Source: Pseudomonas aeruginosa (GTDB lineage Bacteria; Pseudomonadota; Gammaproteobacteria; Pseudomonadales; Pseudomonadaceae). From it: a stretch of DNA of 32,000 nt. How positions within the stretch are numbered: position 1 is the stretch's first letter; every line of letters begins with the position of its first letter. This document shows, piece by piece, positions 9,649 to 19,480 of the stretch. The position numbers were made by a program, and so were the translations under genes. The notes below the pieces were generated by a model that ran no database searches, was not told where the DNA came from, and worked only from the letters and a program-made list of their open reading frames with translations. Location of the stretch: contig NZ_LN831024.1 in NCBI RefSeq assembly GCF_001457615.1, positions 660,001 to 692,000 on the forward strand, read 5' to 3'.

Positions 9649-10809
9649 ATGAGTTTCTTCCACGGCGTTACGGTAACCAACGTCGATATCGGTGCGCGCA
9701 CCATCGCGCTGCCGGCCAGCTCCGTCATCGGCCTCTGCGATGTGTTCACGCCGGGGGCGCAGGCAAGCGCCAAGCCCAACGTTCCGGTGCTGCTCACCAG
9801 CAAGAAGGACGCCGCCGCGGCGTTCGGCATCGGCTCGTCTATCTACCTGGCCTGCGAGGCCATCTATAACCGTGCCCAGGCCGTGATCGTGGCGGTGGGC
9901 GTGGAAGCCGCGGAGACTCCCGAGGCCCAGGCCAGCGCCGTCATAGGTGGTATCAGTGCCGCCGGCGAGCGCACCGGGCTGCAGGCTTTGCTCGACGGCA
10001 AGAGCCGCTTCAATGCCCAGCCACGTCTACTAGTTGCGCCGGGTCATTCGGCCCAGCAAGCGGTGGCCACCGCCATGGACGGGCTGGCCGAGAAACTGCG
10101 GGCCATCGCCATTCTCGATGGTCCCAATAGCACCGACGAGGCGGCCGTCGCCTACGCCAAGAACTTCGGCAGCAAGCGCCTGTTCATGGTCGACCCGGGC
10201 GTTCAGGTTTGGGACAGCGCCACCAATGCCGCGCGCAACGCCCCGGCTTCGGCCTACGCCGCCGGCCTGTTCGCCTGGACCGACGCCGAGTACGGCTTCT
10301 GGTCCTCGCCGTCGAACAAGGAGATCAAGGGCGTCACCGGCACCAGCCGTCCGGTGGAGTTCCTCGACGGCGATGAGACCTGTCGCGCCAACCTGCTCAA
10401 CAACGCCAATATCGCGACGATCATTCGCGACGATGGCTATCGCCTGTGGGGCAACCGCACCTTGTCCAGCGACAGCAAGTGGGCTTTCGTCACCCGTGTT
10501 CGGACCATGGACCTGGTAATGGATGCGATCCTCGCCGGGCACAAGTGGGCGGTGGACCGCGGTATCACCAAGACCTACGTGAAGGATGTCACCGAGGGCC
10601 TGCGCGCCTTCATGCGCGATCTGAAGAACCAGGGAGCGGTGATCAACTTCGAGGTCTATGCCGACCCGGACCTGAACAGCGCCAGCCAGCTGGCCCAGGG
10701 CAAGGTGTACTGGAACATCCGCTTCACCGATGTGCCGCCTGCCGAGAACCCCAATTTCCGTGTCGAGGTGACCGATCAGTGGCTCACCGAAGTTCTGGAT
10801 GTCGCCTAA
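9649..10809 (+). CDS. Contractile tail sheath protein, gpFI-like
   Basis: 386 aa; 'SFFHGVTVTNVDIGARTIALPASSVIGLCDVFTPG', 'VDRGITKTYVKDVTEGLRAFMRDLKNQGAVINFEVYADPDLNSASQLAQGKVYWNIRFTDVPPAENPNFRVEVTDQWLTEVLD'. Confidence 0.97.
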   Translation: MSFFHGVTVTNVDIGARTIALPASSVIGLCDVFTPGAQASAKPNVPVLLTSKKDAAAAFGIGSSIYLACEAIYNRAQAVIVAVGVEAAETPEAQASAVIGGISAAGERTGLQALLDGKSRFNAQPRLLVAPGHSAQQAVATAMDGLAEKLRAIAILDGPNSTDEAAVAYAKNFGSKRLFMVDPGVQVWDSATNAARNAPASAYAAGLFAWTDAEYGFWSSPSNKEIKGVTGTSRPVEFLDGDETCRANLLNNANIATIIRDDGYRLWGNRTLSSDSKWAFVTRVRTMDLVMDAILAGHKWAVDRGITKTYVKDVTEGLRAFMRDLKNQGAVINFEVYADPDLNSASQLAQGKVYWNIRFTDVPPAENPNFRVEVTDQWLTEVLDVA

Positions 10810-10821
10810 GGAGCGCCCGTG

Positions 10822-11325
10822 ATGATTCCGCAAACCCTGACCAATACCAATCTGTTCATCGACGGCGTGAGCTTCGCCGGTGACGTGCCATCCCTGACCC
10901 TGCCCAAGCTGGCTGTGAAGACCGAGCAATACCGTGCCGGCGGCATGGATGCGCCGGTATCCATCGACATGGGCCTGGAGGCGATGGAAGCCAAGTTCTC
11001 CACCAACGGTGCCCGCCGAGAAGCGCTGAATTTCTTCGGCCTGGCCGACCAGAGCGCTTTCAATGGCGTGTTCCGTGGCTCCTTCAAGGGCCAGAAGGGC
11101 GCCAGCGTGCCAGTGGTGGCTACCCTGCGCGGCCTGCTCAAGGAGGTCGACCCGGGCGACTGGAAAGCCGGCGAGAAAGCCGAGTTCAAGTACGCCGTTG
11201 CGGTCAGCTACTACAAGCTGGAAGTCGATGGCCGCGAGGTCTACGAGATCGATCCGGTCAACGGTGTCCGCGCGATCAACGGTGTCGACCAGTTGGCCGG
11301 CATGCGCAACGACCTCGGCCTGTAA
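10822..11325 (+). CDS. Tail tube protein, gpFII-like
   Basis: 167 aa 'MIPQTLTNTNLFIDGVSFAGDVPSLTLPKLAVKTEQYRAGGMDAPVSIDMGLEAMEAKF...'. Confidence 0.96.
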   Translation: MIPQTLTNTNLFIDGVSFAGDVPSLTLPKLAVKTEQYRAGGMDAPVSIDMGLEAMEAKFSTNGARREALNFFGLADQSAFNGVFRGSFKGQKGASVPVVATLRGLLKEVDPGDWKAGEKAEFKYAVAVSYYKLEVDGREVYEIDPVNGVRAINGVDQLAGMRNDLGL

Positions 11326-11339
11326 GAGGAGCTCCGGAC

Positions 11340-11684
11340 ATGACCCAAGAGAATCGACTGCCGGGCTGGCTGACGCTGGATGCCGACGCCGCCCTCGTTC
11401 GTCTCTCGCGTCCGGCACAGTGCAACGGGGTCAGCGTCGACACGCTGACCCTGCGTGCACCCACCGTGCGTGATATCCGCCTGGCCGGCAAGGTGGCCGG
11501 CGACGATGCCGAGGAGCGCGAACTGCAACTGTTCGCCTCGCTGGCGCAGGTCAGCCGCCAGGACCTGGAGGGGCTGAAGCTGAGCGACTACCAGCGGCTG
11601 CAAGGCGCCTACTTTCGCCTGGTGCAAGACGACACGGACGACACCTTCGCGTATGCGTCAACTGGCGAGGCGCCTGGCCATTGA
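11340..11684 (+). CDS. Tail assembly chaperone, gpE-like
   Basis: 114 aa acidic small ORF between tube and tape measure; 'PTVRDIRLAGKV...EERELQLFASLAQVSRQDLEGLKLSDYQRLQ'. Confidence 0.85.
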   Translation: MTQENRLPGWLTLDADAALVRLSRPAQCNGVSVDTLTLRAPTVRDIRLAGKVAGDDAEERELQLFASLAQVSRQDLEGLKLSDYQRLQGAYFRLVQDDTDDTFAYASTGEAPGH

Positions 11685-11763
11685 GCTGGGCTTCCAGGCC
11701 AGCGAACTGGAGCGCATGACCCTGGGCGACCTGCTCTGGTGGCTCGCCGAGGGCGAGGAGTGA
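11653..11763 (+). CDS. Overlapping GpE'-type tail chaperone extension/ORF
   Basis: Alternate-frame peptide 'MRQLARRLAIELGFQASELERMTLGDLLWWLAEGEE' resembling the conserved GpE family segment (MxLxELLxW); not in the supplied ORF track owing to size. Confidence 0.6.
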   Translation: MRQLARRLAIELGFQASELERMTLGDLLWWLAEGEE

Positions 11764-11853
11764 GCGACGGCGCCGTCCGCCAGGCGAGCGGCGCCCGCGC
11801 TACTTCAGTAGGTCCGCGGAGGCGGACATCGATAACAGACGAGACGAACCGTC

Positions 11854-14091
11854 ATGAGTAAAGACATGGACCTGGTGGTCTCCATCGGCGGCATCGCCGA
11901 CCCCTCCTTGGGCAAGGCATTCGAGACCGTCAAGGCACGGCTCGACAGTCTCCAGGAACGTGCCCGCCAGGCTTCCAGCCTGAGGGATGTGCTGGGAGAC
12001 GCCATACGCCTGGAGCGAGAGCTCGCCGATATGCGCAAGGTCGGGGATCGCGGCGTTGCTGAGCATGCCCGGCAGCTTGGCGAACGCCAGGAGCAACTGA
12101 AGCGACTCGGCATCGAGGCCAGGGCCGCGGGCGATGCCTACGCTCGACTGGGCGAGATGCAGCGTGGCCTGGATATGCAGGTCCGCGGCCTGCAACGGCT
12201 GGAGCAGGCCAGCCAGGCAATGCCATTGGCTAGCGCATTTTCCGGACTGGTCGTGGAAGCCAGCAAGACGGCTGCCGGTTATCAAGCGCGGTTGCGCGAC
12301 CTGGCGATCCGCAACGGCCTGGACGCCGGCCGGGAGCCAGCCTTGGCATCCCTGATCCAGGACAGTGCAAGCCAGAGCGGCCTGGGACGCACGGCGACGC
12401 TGGACATGCTGGAGCACTTGAACGCCACCGGCATGGGGTTCGCCGCCGCGCAAATGAATCTGGGACTGGCGGGCCGCTTCGGCTTTGGCCAAGGGATTGC
12501 TTCAGCCGAGGCTGCGGGGCTGGTTCGAGCGTTGCAACTGGCCCAGGGTTCGGACTCGCCAGAGCAATTGTCCGCCTCCCTCGACCGCCTGGTCGTCCTG
12601 GGTAAAGGCAGAGTCGGCAGTGAGGCCCTGGCGCGTCGCCTGCCTGCCTTGTTGTCAGCGCTGGGCAATGCGGGAGAGGCCACGGCCGGCGATGTCGGTG
12701 CACTGGGTGCCTTGCTGGAGATTCAGGCAAAGAACACCACGCCAGACAAAGCGGACGTGCGGATGAAGGCCTGGCTGGAGTTCGTCGGCAGCGGCAGCTT
12801 GAAACGCGCTTATGGCCAGGACTACGACCGGGACCTGGAAGCGCTGCGCAAGGACGGAGCGAGTCTGCTGGAGGCCAACCTGGAGCTGGCTGCGCGCTAT
12901 CGGGATAAGGGCGGCAAGCTCAGCGCCGGCGTGGCGTCGCCGGCGCTTGAAGCCTATCGAGCGTCGCGCGGCGAGTTCCAGGGCTTGCTCGAATCCCAGC
13001 AGTCTTCCGTAGGCTCTTCGGAGCGCGATGCGCAGCGTCGCAAGGGGATGTCCCAGGAGCTGTGGAAGGCTTCCAGCGACAGTTGGGAGAGGGCGCAGAC
13101 CGCTTTGGGCAGCGCCCTGAATCCATATCTGGACAACCTGGCCAAGGGGAGCAAGGCACTCGGCGAGTCGACTGCGGAGCTGCTCGAAGCCTATCCGCGG
13201 ACGACGGCCGGTCTTACCGCCGCCGCAGGTGCGGTGTTATCCGGGTATCTCGCCTACAAGGGAGGGCGCGGCGCTATCGACGTGCTGCGTGGCGGTCGGC
13301 TCGGTCGGCGAGGGACCGCTGCCGTCGGCGACCTGATCGAACGGGGTGCAGGCCGGGTATCGGGTGGTAGCGAAATACAGCGCGTGTTCGTTACCAACTG
13401 GCCGGTGCCGGGAGGCGACTCTACGCTGGAGTCCGCGAGGAGGCCGGCACAACGAAAGCGCGGTCAAACACCACGCAGGAAGAGAGGCAAGGGCGGTGGG
13501 CTGAAGGCCCGCTCCCTTCCATCCCTTGGCTTCTCGGCTGGAGGAGGCTTGGGGGCGATGGCAGGAAAGCTGCCGCGCCTGTCGCGTTTGCCCATACGCA
13601 ACGCGCCGCTGCAAGTGGCCTCGTCGTTGATCGATGTTGCTGAGGTCTACTCCAGCGACCTGTCGGAGAGCGAAAAGACCATCGCCTATGGCGAGGCCGG
13701 TGGCTCCCTGGCTGGCTCCCTGGCTGGCGCCGCTCTGGGAGCGAGCATCGGCTCGGTGGTGCCGGTGGTCGGTACGCTGATCGGTGGATTGGTTGGCGGC
13801 GCTATCGGCGCCTGGGGCGGTAGCGAACTGGGGGGGCGTCTGGGACGCAGTCTGGCTGGCGATCCGCCGGCGGCCTCGGACAACAAGCCGGCGGTGCCCG
13901 TACCACAGGCCGAACCCGTCGCGGCTGTGCCCAACTGGACCTTCGCGCCGCAGATAAACCTGACGGTGCAAGGCAACGTACACGAGCCGCAGCGTCTGGC
14001 CGACGAGCTGCTGCCCTACCTGCAACGCATGCTTGTCGACTTCGCCGACGAGCGGCAGCGGCGCAGCCTCTACGATCCGGCGATGGTCTAA
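11854..14091 (+). CDS. Tail tape measure protein, gpT-like
   Basis: 745 aa; coiled-coil N-terminus, central hydrophobic Gly/Ala segments, position after E/E'. Confidence 0.93.
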   Translation: MSKDMDLVVSIGGIADPSLGKAFETVKARLDSLQERARQASSLRDVLGDAIRLERELADMRKVGDRGVAEHARQLGERQEQLKRLGIEARAAGDAYARLGEMQRGLDMQVRGLQRLEQASQAMPLASAFSGLVVEASKTAAGYQARLRDLAIRNGLDAGREPALASLIQDSASQSGLGRTATLDMLEHLNATGMGFAAAQMNLGLAGRFGFGQGIASAEAAGLVRALQLAQGSDSPEQLSASLDRLVVLGKGRVGSEALARRLPALLSALGNAGEATAGDVGALGALLEIQAKNTTPDKADVRMKAWLEFVGSGSLKRAYGQDYDRDLEALRKDGASLLEANLELAARYRDKGGKLSAGVASPALEAYRASRGEFQGLLESQQSSVGSSERDAQRRKGMSQELWKASSDSWERAQTALGSALNPYLDNLAKGSKALGESTAELLEAYPRTTAGLTAAAGAVLSGYLAYKGGRGAIDVLRGGRLGRRGTAAVGDLIERGAGRVSGGSEIQRVFVTNWPVPGGDSTLESARRPAQRKRGQTPRRKRGKGGGLKARSLPSLGFSAGGGLGAMAGKLPRLSRLPIRNAPLQVASSLIDVAEVYSSDLSESEKTIAYGEAGGSLAGSLAGAALGASIGSVVPVVGTLIGGLVGGAIGAWGGSELGGRLGRSLAGDPPAASDNKPAVPVPQAEPVAAVPNWTFAPQINLTVQGNVHEPQRLADELLPYLQRMLVDFADERQRRSLYDPAMV

Positions 14092-14100
14092 GGAGTCCCC

Positions 14101-14973
14101 ATGGCATATCTGGAACAATTGCAGGCCGGCCTGAGGTACCTGGGTCGCGCCGGCGAGTCCGGACGCAAGAGTCTGGACAAGGTGGTCGCTCCGGTGAACG
14201 GCGCGATCAGCGAGATCCGCGGCGCAGCCGCGGAGCTGGAGAACCTGCCCGGCGTATCGCCGGAAATGGCTGCCCGGCTGCAGCGTGCCATGCGCGGCAT
14301 CGGCCAGGCGCAGGGCAAGGTGAACCGCGTGGTCTCCACCTATGACCGGGCGAGCCGGGCGTTGCTTGGTATCGACGAACGCCTGGATGCGCTGAAGGTC
14401 CAGGTGAACAGTGCCGCGCAGGCGGTCGGCAAGGTCGCTGGCGACATCAGTCCGACGCTGGCGGGGGTGCTGCCGTCGTGGCTGCTGGCACCCTCGGCGA
14501 CGCCCCCGAGCGAGGCCGCAGCGCCCTTGCCGCACCTGCTGGTACTGCAGCCGCTGACCGCCAATGCCCAACCGTTCTACTTCAACCTGAATACTGCCGC
14601 CTTCGACGCCCTGCAGCGCAACAGTGCCTACAACTGGAGCGGGCAGGTGCGCCTGGGTCGGCGGCCGGCGCTGCAGAGCGTCGGCATGGGCGAGGAGAGC
14701 ATCCTGCTCAAGGGTGCGGTATTCCCGCTGCGTCGACAGGTAGGTAACCAGGAAAAGGTCGTCGGTCTGGAGCAGCTCGAAGCGCTGCGCCGGTTGGCGG
14801 AGCGGCGTGAGCCGCTGATCCTGAGCAGCGGCTACGGCGAGGTGCAGATGGGCCTCTGGTGTCTGGTGCGGATCAGCGAGAACCAGAGCGCCCTACTGGG
14901 CAACGGCGCTCCCCGCAAACAAACCTTCGACCTGGAGTTCAAGCGCTATGGCGACGACCTGCCGAACCGCTGA
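14101..14973 (+). CDS. Tail protein, gpU-like
   Basis: 290 aa; 'LILSSGYGEVQMGLWCLVRISENQSALLGNGAPRKQTFDLEFKRYGDD' tail-terminator/U family signature. Confidence 0.9.
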   Translation: MAYLEQLQAGLRYLGRAGESGRKSLDKVVAPVNGAISEIRGAAAELENLPGVSPEMAARLQRAMRGIGQAQGKVNRVVSTYDRASRALLGIDERLDALKVQVNSAAQAVGKVAGDISPTLAGVLPSWLLAPSATPPSEAAAPLPHLLVLQPLTANAQPFYFNLNTAAFDALQRNSAYNWSGQVRLGRRPALQSVGMGEESILLKGAVFPLRRQVGNQEKVVGLEQLEALRRLAERREPLILSSGYGEVQMGLWCLVRISENQSALLGNGAPRKQTFDLEFKRYGDDLPNR

Positions 14974-15154
14974 CGGCGACATGCTGGACAGCCTCTGCTA
15001 CCACGTCTATGGCCATCTGTTGGGCTGCGTCGAGGCGACCCTCGACGCCAATCCCGGGCTGGCCGATGAGCAGCAGCCATTCCGCGCCGGCTTGCTGATC
15101 AGTTTCCCTGACATGCCGGTGGTCAATGTCGAACAGGTGCGCCTGTGGGATTGA
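14948..15154 (+). CDS. Tail protein X, LysM-like, gpX-like
   Basis: 68 aa 'MATTCRTADGDMLDSLCYHVYGHLLGCVEATLDANPGLADEQQPFRAGLLISFPDMP'. Confidence 0.92.
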   Translation: MATTCRTADGDMLDSLCYHVYGHLLGCVEATLDANPGLADEQQPFRAGLLISFPDMPVVNVEQVRLWD

Positions 15155-15170
15155 TCGACCGCTCACCCGC

Positions 15171-15196
15171 AACCCCGCCTTGGCGGGGTTTTTCTT
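15171..15196 (+). terminator. Intrinsic terminator between gpX and gpD genes
   Basis: AACCCCGCC-TT-GGCGGGGTTTTTCTTTT. Confidence 0.85.
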
Positions 15197-15211
15197 TTCT
15201 GGAGAAACCAG

Positions 15212-16201
15212 GTGCAACCGAGTTTCCGTATCGTTGCCGACGGCACCGACGTCACCCAGCGGCTGAATGACCGCCTGCTCAAGCTGACCCTGCTGGACAA
15301 GCCGGGCATGGAGTCCGACAGCCTGACCTTGAGGATCGACGATCGCGATGGACAGGTGGCCTTACCCAGGCGCGGTGCGGTGCTGGAGGTTCATCTCGGC
15401 TATGCCGGCGAGCCACTGATGCGCATGGGACGCTTTACCGTGGACACCTTGCAGTGGGCTGGTCCGCCGGACTGCCTGACCGTCACTGCCAAGGCCGGCG
15501 ACATGCGCGGCAGTGGCAAGACGATACGCAGCGGAGGTTGGGAGGGCACTACCCTGGCTCAGGTCTGCCGCGATGTTGGCGCACGCAACGGCTGGCGCGT
15601 GGAGTGTCCGTTGCAGGTGGCGATCGCCCGGGTCGACCAGGTCAATGAGTCCGACTACCACTTCGTCACCCGTCTGGCGCGCCAGTACGACTGCACCGCC
15701 AAGCTGGCCGAGGGCATGCTCATGGTGCTGCCGCGACAGAGCGGGCAGAGCGCCACGGGGCGTCGGATCGAACCTTTGGTGTTGGGACGTGCTGACGTCG
15801 GTAGCTTCGACGTTACCTTCGACGACCGCAGCCTGATGAGAACGGTGAAGACCCGCTACCAATTGCCCGGCAGCGGCGAGGTCAAGAGCGTCGAGTTGAA
15901 GAACCCGAAGGCACCGGCTACGGCTATGGGCGAGCATGTCGACCGGCACCTCTATACCAGCCGTGGAGAGGCCGAGCAGGCGGCGAAGGCTCGCCTGGCG
16001 AGCTTCAGCCGCTCCAGCGCCAGTGTGCGCCTGGAACTGCCAGGGCGTGGCGACCTGTTCGCCGAGCGCAGCCTGCTGCTCCAAGGCTTCAAGGCGGGAA
16101 TCGACGGCGAGTTCCTGATCGACTCGGTGGAGCACACCTACAGCTCCAGCGGATGGACCACTGTCGTGCAATGCAACGGCGGCCGAGGCGGCAAGGGGTG
16201 A
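15212..16201 (+). CDS. Baseplate hub / late control protein, gpD-like
   Basis: 329 aa; 'FRIVADGTDVTQRLNDRLLKLTLLDKPGMESDSLTLRIDDRDGQVALPRRGAVLEVHLGY'. Confidence 0.94.
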   Translation: MQPSFRIVADGTDVTQRLNDRLLKLTLLDKPGMESDSLTLRIDDRDGQVALPRRGAVLEVHLGYAGEPLMRMGRFTVDTLQWAGPPDCLTVTAKAGDMRGSGKTIRSGGWEGTTLAQVCRDVGARNGWRVECPLQVAIARVDQVNESDYHFVTRLARQYDCTAKLAEGMLMVLPRQSGQSATGRRIEPLVLGRADVGSFDVTFDDRSLMRTVKTRYQLPGSGEVKSVELKNPKAPATAMGEHVDRHLYTSRGEAEQAAKARLASFSRSSASVRLELPGRGDLFAERSLLLQGFKAGIDGEFLIDSVEHTYSSSGWTTVVQCNGGRGGKG

Positions 16202-16233
16202 CGCCTGAAACCCATCGGAGTGCAGGAGGATCG

Positions 16234-16863
16234 ATGAAACTGACCGAGCAGCAATTGCTGCGCATTTTTCCCAACGCCCGCCTCGTCGCGGGCGTTTTCG
16301 TTGTGGCGTTGCAACGGGCCATGGACGAGAGGGAGATCGACACACCGGCGCGGCGTGCCGCGTTTCTCGCCCAGGTCGGCCACGAAAGCAGCCAGTTGAC
16401 CCGGCTGGTGGAGAACCTCAATTACAGCGCCCAAGGCTTGGCGGCGACCTGGCCGGGTCGCTATCTCGGCCCCGACGGGCAGCCCAACGCGTTGGCCTTG
16501 CGGCTGGCGCGCAATCCGCAGGCGATTGCCGACAACACCTACGCCACGCGCAACGGCAATGGCGACGAAGCGTCCGGCGATGGCTGGCGCTTCCGCGGGC
16601 GTGGCTTGCTACAGATCACCGGGCGTGCCAACTACCGGTTGGTCGGCGAGGCCCTCGGCGAGCCGCTGGAAGCCGAGCCCTGGCGCCTGGAGCAGCCCGT
16701 GCCGGCGGCCCGCAGCGCCGCCTGGTGGTGGGCCGGTCACGGGCTCAACGAGTTGGCCGACCGCGGCGAGTTCGCTGCCATCACCCGCCGCATCAACGGC
16801 GGCCTGAATGGCCAGGCGGAGCGCCTGGCGTTGTGGCAGCGGGCCAGGGCGGTGCTGTCATGA
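16234..16863 (+). CDS. GH19 (chitinase/lysozyme-fold) endolysin
   Basis: 209 aa; 'FLAQVGHESSQLTRLVENLNYSAQGL', 'WRFRGRGLLQITGRANYR' GH19 catalytic signature. Confidence 0.93.
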   Translation: MKLTEQQLLRIFPNARLVAGVFVVALQRAMDEREIDTPARRAAFLAQVGHESSQLTRLVENLNYSAQGLAATWPGRYLGPDGQPNALALRLARNPQAIADNTYATRNGNGDEASGDGWRFRGRGLLQITGRANYRLVGEALGEPLEAEPWRLEQPVPAARSAAWWWAGHGLNELADRGEFAAITRRINGGLNGQAERLALWQRARAVLS

Positions 16864-17222
16864 GCCGGCTCGCTCTGCTCCTGCCGGCCGTGTTGCTGGT
16901 CCTGCTGGCCGGCGCCTTGCTCGGCGGCGGCCTGGTTGCCCGCCACTATCGTCCGCAACTGGAGGAGGCCCTGGGCCAACTCACTGCCAGCCGCGTCGCC
17001 AGCGGCCAGCTCGAGGCTTTGCTCGATGAGCAGCAGCGCGCGCTGGCGGCGGTGCGGGCGAGCGCCGAGAGGCGCGCGAAGGACGTCGAGCAGGCACTCG
17101 GCGAGGCCAGGGCACAGGCCGCGGAGCAGTATGCCGCGGCCGTGCGTCTGCTCCAGGAACCCGACATTGGCGTGGACTGCCAGGCGGCAGGTGCGGCGAT
17201 CGACCGGGAGCTGGGACTATGA
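16860..17222 (+). CDS. Inner-membrane spanin, Rz-like
   Basis: ATGA overlap with endolysin stop; 120 aa with single N-terminal TM helix and coiled coil 'MSRLALLLPAVLLVLLAGALLGGGLVARHYRPQLEEALGQL...'. Confidence 0.8.
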   Translation: MSRLALLLPAVLLVLLAGALLGGGLVARHYRPQLEEALGQLTASRVASGQLEALLDEQQRALAAVRASAERRAKDVEQALGEARAQAAEQYAAAVRLLQEPDIGVDCQAAGAAIDRELGL

Positions 17223-17476
17223 CTCGTCTCCTGCTGGGGCTTTGTCTGCTTTTCGCGGGCTGCGCAGCCTCGCCGACGACACCTCGCCCCGTGCGCGTCG
17301 AGGTTCCCCTGGCAGTGCCCTGCCGTGTACCTGACGTGCGCCCGCCGAGCTGGGCCGGCGCCACGCTGAAGGCCGGCGATTCGCTGCAGGCCAAGGTTCG
17401 CGCATTGCTCGCCGAGCGCCGCCAGCGGCAGGGCTATGAACTCGAATTGCAGGCGGCATTGCGTGCCTGCCGCTAA
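17219..17476 (+). CDS. Outer-membrane lipoprotein spanin, Rz1-like
   Basis: ATGA overlap with previous gene; signal peptide with lipobox 'LLFAGC', proline-containing segment. Confidence 0.8.
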   Translation: MTRLLLGLCLLFAGCAASPTTPRPVRVEVPLAVPCRVPDVRPPSWAGATLKAGDSLQAKVRALLAERRQRQGYELELQAALRACR

Positions 17477-17483
17477 ACCTTTC

Positions 17484-17512
17484 GGCCGATCCTCTCGGAT
17501 CGGCCTTCCTTC
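17484..17512 (+). terminator. Terminator-like hairpin at the end of the pyocin cluster
   Basis: GGCCGATCC-TCTC-GGATCGGCC followed by TTCCTTCC. Confidence 0.7.
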
Positions 17513-17823
17513 CGACATCCCGCTGTTGCACCCATCCTCCCCACTGGGCTATGTTCCCCAGCATGGCTCCGTGAGACCGCTATCGTGATCCACCTCAGCA
17601 GCATCATCACCTCCCTCATCAAGGCATTCGCCCGTTGGCGCTGGCGCGCCTGACTTCTTCTTCGCCGGCCTGGCCGGTCACGTCTCCCTGCGTCCCCCGT
17701 TTTCCACAGGCATAATGCCGACGATCCACTCCCCCTTCCTCCGCGAGCGCGCCGGGAACCGGGTGTGGCGAAAGCCGGGTGATGCGATTCGCATAAGAAT
17801 GAAATCAAGAGGTTACAGCCAGC

Positions 17824-18429
17824 ATGCTGCTGATGATCGATAACTACGACTCCTTCACCTACAACCTGGTGCAGTACTTCGGCGAACTCAAGGCCGAGGT
17901 CAAGGTGGTGCGCAACGACGAACTGAGCGTGGAACAGATCGAGGCCCTGGCGCCCGAGCGCATCGTCCTTTCCCCCGGTCCCTGCACCCCCAACGAGGCC
18001 GGCGTCTCGCTGGCCGTTATCGAGCGCTTCGCCGGCAAGCTGCCGCTGCTCGGTGTCTGCCTTGGCCATCAGAGCATCGGCCAGGCCTTCGGCGGCGAAG
18101 TGGTGCGGGCGCGGCAGGTGATGCACGGCAAGACCAGCCCGATCCACCACAAGAACCTCGGCGTGTTCGCCGGCCTGGCCAATCCCCTGACGGTGACGCG
18201 CTACCACTCGCTGGTGGTGAAGCGAGAGAGCCTGCCGGAGTGCCTGGAGATCACCGCCTGGACCCAACATGCCGACGGATCGCTCGACGAGATCATGGGT
18301 GTACGCCACAAGACCCTGAATGTCGAGGGCGTGCAGTTCCATCCCGAGTCCATCCTCACCGAGCAGGGCCACGAGTTGCTGGCAAACTTCCTCCGCCAGC
18401 AGGGCGGTGTGCGTGGGGAGGGCAACTGA
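17824..18429 (+). CDS. trpG: Anthranilate synthase component II (glutamine amidotransferase)
   Basis: '[21 protein letters not shown]', '[15 protein letters not shown]', 'FHPESILTE'. Confidence 0.98.
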
Positions 18430-18430
18430 G

Positions 18431-19480
18431 ATGGATATCAAGGGAGCCCTCAATCGCATCGTCAACCAGCTCGACCTGACCACCGAGGAAATGCAGGCGG
18501 TCATGCGCCAGATCATGACCGGGCAGTGCACCGACGCGCAGATCGGCGCCTTCCTGATGGGCATGCGGATGAAGAGCGAAACCATCGACGAGATCGTCGG
18601 CGCGGTGGCGGTGATGCGCGAACTGGCCGACGGTGTGCAGTTGCCTACGCTGAAGCATGTGGTCGACGTGGTCGGCACCGGCGGCGATGGCGCGAACATC
18701 TTCAACGTATCCTCGGCGGCGTCCTTCGTGGTCGCCGCCGCTGGCGGCAAGGTCGCCAAGCACGGTAACCGCGCGGTCTCCGGCAAGAGCGGCAGCGCCG
18801 ACTTGCTGGAAGCCGCCGGCATCTACCTGGAACTGACCTCCGAACAGGTGGCGCGTTGCATCGACACCGTCGGCGTCGGGTTCATGTTCGCCCAGGTCCA
18901 CCACAAGGCGATGAAGTACGCCGCCGGTCCGCGCCGCGAGCTGGGCTTGCGGACTCTGTTCAACATGCTTGGCCCACTGACCAACCCGGCGGGAGTCAGG
19001 CACCAGGTGGTCGGGGTGTTCACCCAGGAACTGTGCAAGCCGCTGGCTGAAGTGCTCAAGCGTCTCGGCAGCGAGCATGTGCTGGTGGTGCATTCGCGCG
19101 ACGGGCTGGACGAGTTCAGTCTGGCCGCGGCGACCCACATTGCCGAGTTGAAGGACGGCGAGGTACGCGAGTACGAAGTGCGTCCCGAGGACTTCGGGAT
19201 CAAGAGCCAGACCCTGATGGGGCTGGAGGTCGACAGTCCGCAGGCCTCGCTGGAACTGATCCGCGACGCTTTGGGGCGGCGCAAGACCGAGGCTGGGCAG
19301 AAGGCCGCCGAGCTGATCGTGATGAATGCCGGCCCGGCACTGTACGCTGCCGATCTGGCGACCAGCCTGCACGAGGGCATTCAACTCGCCCACGATGCCC
19401 TGCACACCGGGCTGGCACGGGAGAAGATGGACGAACTGGTGGCCTTCACCGCCGTTTACAGAGAGGAGAACGCACAGTGA
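18431..19480 (+). CDS. trpD: Anthranilate phosphoribosyltransferase
   Basis: In-frame ATG '[32 protein letters not shown]...', '[10 protein letters not shown]', '[15 protein letters not shown]'. Confidence 0.98.

Noticed and set aside
10030-11418. Long antisense ORF (462 aa) opposite sheath/tube genes
   Set aside because: Mirrors strong sense coding genes in high-GC DNA; His/Gly/Arg/Ala-rich low-complexity translation and no recognisable domain.
13237-14571. 444-aa antisense ORF opposite tape measure/gpU
   Set aside because: GC-driven shadow ORF; composition atypical and the sense strand is well supported.
15362-16345. 327-aa antisense ORF opposite gpD
   Set aside because: Shadow ORF; sense strand encodes a clear gpD-like protein.
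17473-18822. 449-aa antisense ORF across the pyocin-trpG junction and trpG/trpD
   Set aside because: Shadow of trpG/trpD; the part over the intergenic region has no domain or RBS support.
18356-19405. 349-aa antisense ORF opposite trpD
   Set aside because: Shadow ORF of a highly conserved biosynthetic gene.
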